Shown here in pieces: positions 34,923-37,768 of a DNA stretch of 37,768 nucleotides. The translations under genes were made by a program, and so were the position numbers. The stretch covers positions 1 to 37,768 of the forward strand of contig CAMCYV010000002.1 of NCBI GenBank assembly GCA_945885645.1. Reading direction: 5' to 3'. The notes below the pieces were generated by a model. The model was not told the origin of the DNA. It was given only the letters and a program-made list of their open reading frames with translations, and made no database searches. The DNA is from Bifidobacterium breve (GTDB taxonomy: Bacteria; Actinomycetota; Actinomycetes; S36-B12). Each line of letters starts with the position of its first letter. The first letter of the stretch is position 1.

Positions 34923-35086
34923 GTGATGGGCTCCTGTCTGCCCAGTTGGCTTTCGGGAGCCGGTCGGGCCTGCGAATTCTCCAACGCTAGGCCCGACTTC
35001 CTTAAATCATTTGGCGACACGCCGCCCAAAGAAGACAACAAAGCGAACAAAAGGTGGACAGTTTGCGCTCCTGCCGACCGGGTTCT

Positions 35087-35848
35087 TTAGACCCCGAAAC
35101 GACGATTTCGTTCGGCATATGCGCGCACCGCACGCAAGAAATCAATCCGACGGAAATCTGGCCAAAAAGCTTCGCAGAAATAGAACTCCGAGTGAGCGCT
35201 TTGCCATAGTAAAAACCCAGACAGTCTCTGTTCACCCGAAGTTCGAATCACGAGATCCGGGTCTGGCTGACCTTTGGTGTATAGGTGCTCGGCAATATGG
35301 TCGACATCAATGAGCTGCGCGAGTTCATCAAGACTGGTCCCTTGGCTGGCGTGATCAGCGAGCAGTGATCGCACAGCGTCAACCACTTCCCTGCGACCGC
35401 CGTAACCCACCGCGACGTTGACGAGTGACCCATCAATGTCGGCCGTTGCTTCAGCACTTTCCTTCAGAAGATTGGCCGTGTGGGCTGGGAGAAGATCAAG
35501 TGCCCCAACGGGGTGGATCCGCCAACGCCCCTGCCTGACCAAGTTACTCACCGTTGACTCAATGATTGTCATCAACTTTTCCAGCTCAACTTCCGGGCGG
35601 CTCAAATTGTCGGTGGACAAAAGCCACAGCGTGACAACTTCGACACCCAATTCATCACACCACCCGAGGAAGTCAACTATTTTCGCCGCTCCGGCCTCGT
35701 GGCCTTGGGTCGAGGTTGACCCTTGAGCTGTAGCCCATCGACGATTGCCATCGAGGATCACACCAACGTGGCGTGGCATCCGATCTGCCGGAATTTGGGC
35801 CGCCAGATTGCGCTCATAGACACCGTAAACGAGATCCTTGAGACCCAT
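35087..35848 (-). CDS. uppS: Isoprenyl transferase (cis-prenyl diphosphate synthase, UppS family; Rv1086-like context)
   Basis: 253 aa. Contains MPRHVGVILDGNRRWA, VTLWLLSTDNLSRP, IRTSGEQRLSGFLLWQSAHSEFYF and WPDF. A GAAGGA Shine-Dalgarno lies upstream of the ATG. Confidence 0.9.
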   Translation of the reverse strand: MGLKDLVYGVYERNLAAQIPADRMPRHVGVILDGNRRWATAQGSTSTQGHEAGAAKIVDFLGWCDELGVEVVTLWLLSTDNLSRPEVELEKLMTIIESTVSNLVRQGRWRIHPVGALDLLPAHTANLLKESAEATADIDGSLVNVAVGYGGRREVVDAVRSLLADHASQGTSLDELAQLIDVDHIAEHLYTKGQPDPDLVIRTSGEQRLSGFLLWQSAHSEFYFCEAFWPDFRRIDFLRAVRAYAERNRRFGV

Positions 35849-35899
35849 GCATCCCGTCCTTCCCTACATCGCGATCTGAGCTGAGTTCGACACCTTAGA

Positions 35900-37768
35900 T
35901 TACTCCAGTGCAGTAATTAAGGGGTGAAGATGAGCGCCAAGATTCAAAAATTTGGCAAGTTCAATGGGACTATTTGTCGGTAATTCGCAAACAGTGAATC
36001 TGCACACCTGCGCGTGATTGGTGGCACCGTATGACCACCGAATGTCGGGGCATTTGGGGGAAAGCAATGCTATCCGTGCAAATTGCGCACTTTCGGGTCC
36101 GCTGACCTCAACTTCCCAAGGACCTTGCGCCAAGGACCACAGCGCCACCAGGCCCCAGCCCACCGATCTCGGGGTGCTCAATGCAAACTTGGGAACGACC
36201 CCCAATGCGATTTCAGCTCTTGTGCGCAGTTGCAGATAGTCACTGGGAGCAAGTGCACTGAATCGAACAAGAAGGTTTGCCATTGCGAGCCAACCCGATG
36301 GCTCTGCATTGTCAGCAAACTCACGCGGCCGGCGAATCAACTTCTCCGAGTTGATCGCAGTGTCGAAGAAACCACCTTCACCGTCGTCAAAACCCTCAAG
36401 TGCGCTGTCCAGTAATGATCGGGCTAATGAAAGCCACTCTGGCTCTCCCGTCACTTCATACAGAGTGAGCAGGCCCTCCGACATATTTGCGTAGTCGTCT
36501 AGGACTCCTGAATTATTTCCGGGAACACCATTGCGCGACGTACGCGACATAATGAGGGATCGCTCTCCCGCCCTGAAATGCACACTGATCACGCAATCCG
36601 CGGCGGCCTCGGCGGCTTGAATCCATTCTGGTTTCCCAAAAATGGTTCCCGCTTCAGCCAACGCCGCAATAGTCAATCCATTCCACGACGCAACGACTTT
36701 ATCGTCTTGCCCAGGACGGATCCGCTTACTCCGCTCTCCAAACAACTGTGTTCGAAACCTGATCCATAAATCCGAATCCTGTGGGTCAGTGAGCAATTGC
36801 AATGTCGAATTACCGTGCTCGAAAGTTCCCGATTGAGTTACTTCAAACATTTCACAAGCGGTGTCTGCAAACTCCACGCCAACGGCTTCTGCCACCTCGC
36901 TCGGGGTCCAGGCATAGAACTTGCCTTCAACACCTTCACTGTCGGCGTCCAATGCGGAAGCAAATGCACCTTGTGGTGTGCGCATTTCTCGCAACAGAAA
37001 TTCAATGCTCTCATGCACAACGCGCTCTGCAAGTGGATTTCCGGTAAGCCGCCACCAATGGGTATACACCCGAATGAGCAACGCATTGTCGTACAACATT
37101 TTTTCAAAGTGTGGGACTACCCAAGTTTTATCAACGCTGTACCGCGCGAAACCGCCACCAATTTGGTCGTAAATCCCACCGCGAGCCATCGCTTCAAGGG
37201 TTGCCGATGCCATGTGCTCTGCCTGTTCGCCCACCTCAGGGTCCAAGGCCATGCGTAATAGAAACTCGAGGACCATGGATGGTGGAAATTTCGGAGCACG
37301 ACCGAATCCAGCATTTTCTTGATCAAATGATTGTTGCAAACCCGTAACCGCACCTCGCAGATACTCCTCATACTGATCGTTATTCAGGGTTGAGACGTCG
37401 GTTGAGTCAAATCCCTCACTTCGACTTTCCAGGGCGGCAATTATTCGTTCACCCGCCTGCAGAATCTCTGGCTTGCGTTGCACCCAAGTTTCTGAAATTG
37501 ATCCAATTAATTGACCAAAGCTAGGCATCCCGTGATGCGGAGCGGGCGGGAAATAGGTTCCCGTATAAAACGGACGACCTTCATGATCCAAGAAAACTGA
37601 CATAGGCCAGCCACCGTGCCCTGTCATGGCAACTGTGGCTTCCATGTAAATCGAATCAATGTCAGGCCGCTCTTCACGGTCGACTTTGATGTTCACAAAA
37701 TGTTCGTTAAGGAATTTTGCAACTGCGGGATCTTCAAATGACTCATGGGCCATAACGTGACACCAATG
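35900..37768 (-). CDS. Thioredoxin-domain protein of the DUF255/YyaL family (Trx fold + six-hairpin glycosidase-like domain); N-terminus lies beyond the right window edge
   Basis: The frame stays open to the window end. The last codons read ...HWCHVMAHESFEDPAVAKFLNEHFVNIKVDREERPDIDSIYM, the DUF255 CxxC-region signature. The track's ATG at 37753 is therefore internal. The rest matches the (alpha/alpha)6 portion. Confidence 0.85.
   Translation of the reverse strand, partial: HWCHVMAHESFEDPAVAKFLNEHFVNIKVDREERPDIDSIYMEATVAMTGHGGWPMSVFLDHEGRPFYTGTYFPPAPHHGMPSFGQLIGSISETWVQRKPEILQAGERIIAALESRSEGFDSTDVSTLNNDQYEEYLRGAVTGLQQSFDQENAGFGRAPKFPPSMVLEFLLRMALDPEVGEQAEHMASATLEAMARGGIYDQIGGGFARYSVDKTWVVPHFEKMLYDNALLIRVYTHWWRLTGNPLAERVVHESIEFLLREMRTPQGAFASALDADSEGVEGKFYAWTPSEVAEAVGVEFADTACEMFEVTQSGTFEHGNSTLQLLTDPQDSDLWIRFRTQLFGERSKRIRPGQDDKVVASWNGLTIAALAEAGTIFGKPEWIQAAEAAADCVISVHFRAGERSLIMSRTSRNGVPGNNSGVLDDYANMSEGLLTLYEVTGEPEWLSLARSLLDSALEGFDDGEGGFFDTAINSEKLIRRPREFADNAEPSGWLAMANLLVRFSALAPSDYLQLRTRAEIALGVVPKFALSTPRSVGWGLVALWSLAQGPWEVEVSGPESAQFARIALLSPKCPDIRWSYGATNHAQVCRFTVCELPTNSPIELAKFLNLGAHLHPLITALE

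Noticed and set aside
1-37768. Search for tRNA/rRNA/tmRNA genes, CRISPR repeats, IS elements, integrases, toxin-antitoxin pairs or defence genes
   Set aside because: No non-coding gap exceeds 164 bp. I saw no periodic direct repeats, no transposase- or integrase-like ORFs and no terminal inverted repeats. The only PIN-domain protein is the conserved housekeeping-type PhoH2 fusion, with no adjacent antitoxin.

Overview
This is a very gene-dense housekeeping segment: the gaps I counted sum to about 1.8 kb of 37.8 kb, so it is roughly 95% coding. It comes from an Actinomycetota chromosome of moderate GC (judged by eye, not computed), and the compaction suggests a streamlined genome. I call 38 CDS, two of them truncated by the window edges. 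Gene content and order are a compressed version of the mycobacterial Rv1084-Rv1232 neighbourhood:
- thioredoxin-domain DUF255 protein, cis-prenyltransferase, PhoH2
- class I fumarase, glpX, DUF4245, xseAB, ispH, rmuC, ychF, typA
- S9 peptidase, mshB with a DUF6113-like gene, VanW, cysS, fdxA-dapC, gltA, dapD/dapE
- DUF3117, O-methyltransferase, htrA-tatB, mrp, DUF1003, and an MgtE_N/CBS protein
- an EamA transporter and a CitE-like lyase / acyl-CoA dehydrogenase pair at the left edge

I found no rRNA, tRNA, CRISPR array, transposase, integrase, prophage or recognisable defence island. I do not see a clear-cut novel multi-gene system here, and I say so rather than inventing one.

The features worth a second look are mostly regulatory or architectural:
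1. About 19 transcription-unit-initial genes have a TAnnnT-type -10 hexamer exactly 6 nt upstream of the start codon, which implies leaderless mRNAs.
2. One case is a 23-bp quasi-palindrome that holds both start codons and both overlapping -10 boxes of divergent dapE/dapD.
3. A perfect TGTGA-N6-TCACA (CRP/GlxR-type) site lies upstream of a secreted Rpf/SLT-like gene.
4. A RecA-NDp/PafBC-like motif precedes rmuC.
5. The translationally coupled module of MgtE_N-CBS (no pore domain), DUF1003 and Mrp is uncharacterised.
6. A CASTOR-type ACT domain is fused to a GNAT acetyltransferase.

All calls rest on reading the sequence and on remembered family motifs. No searches were run.
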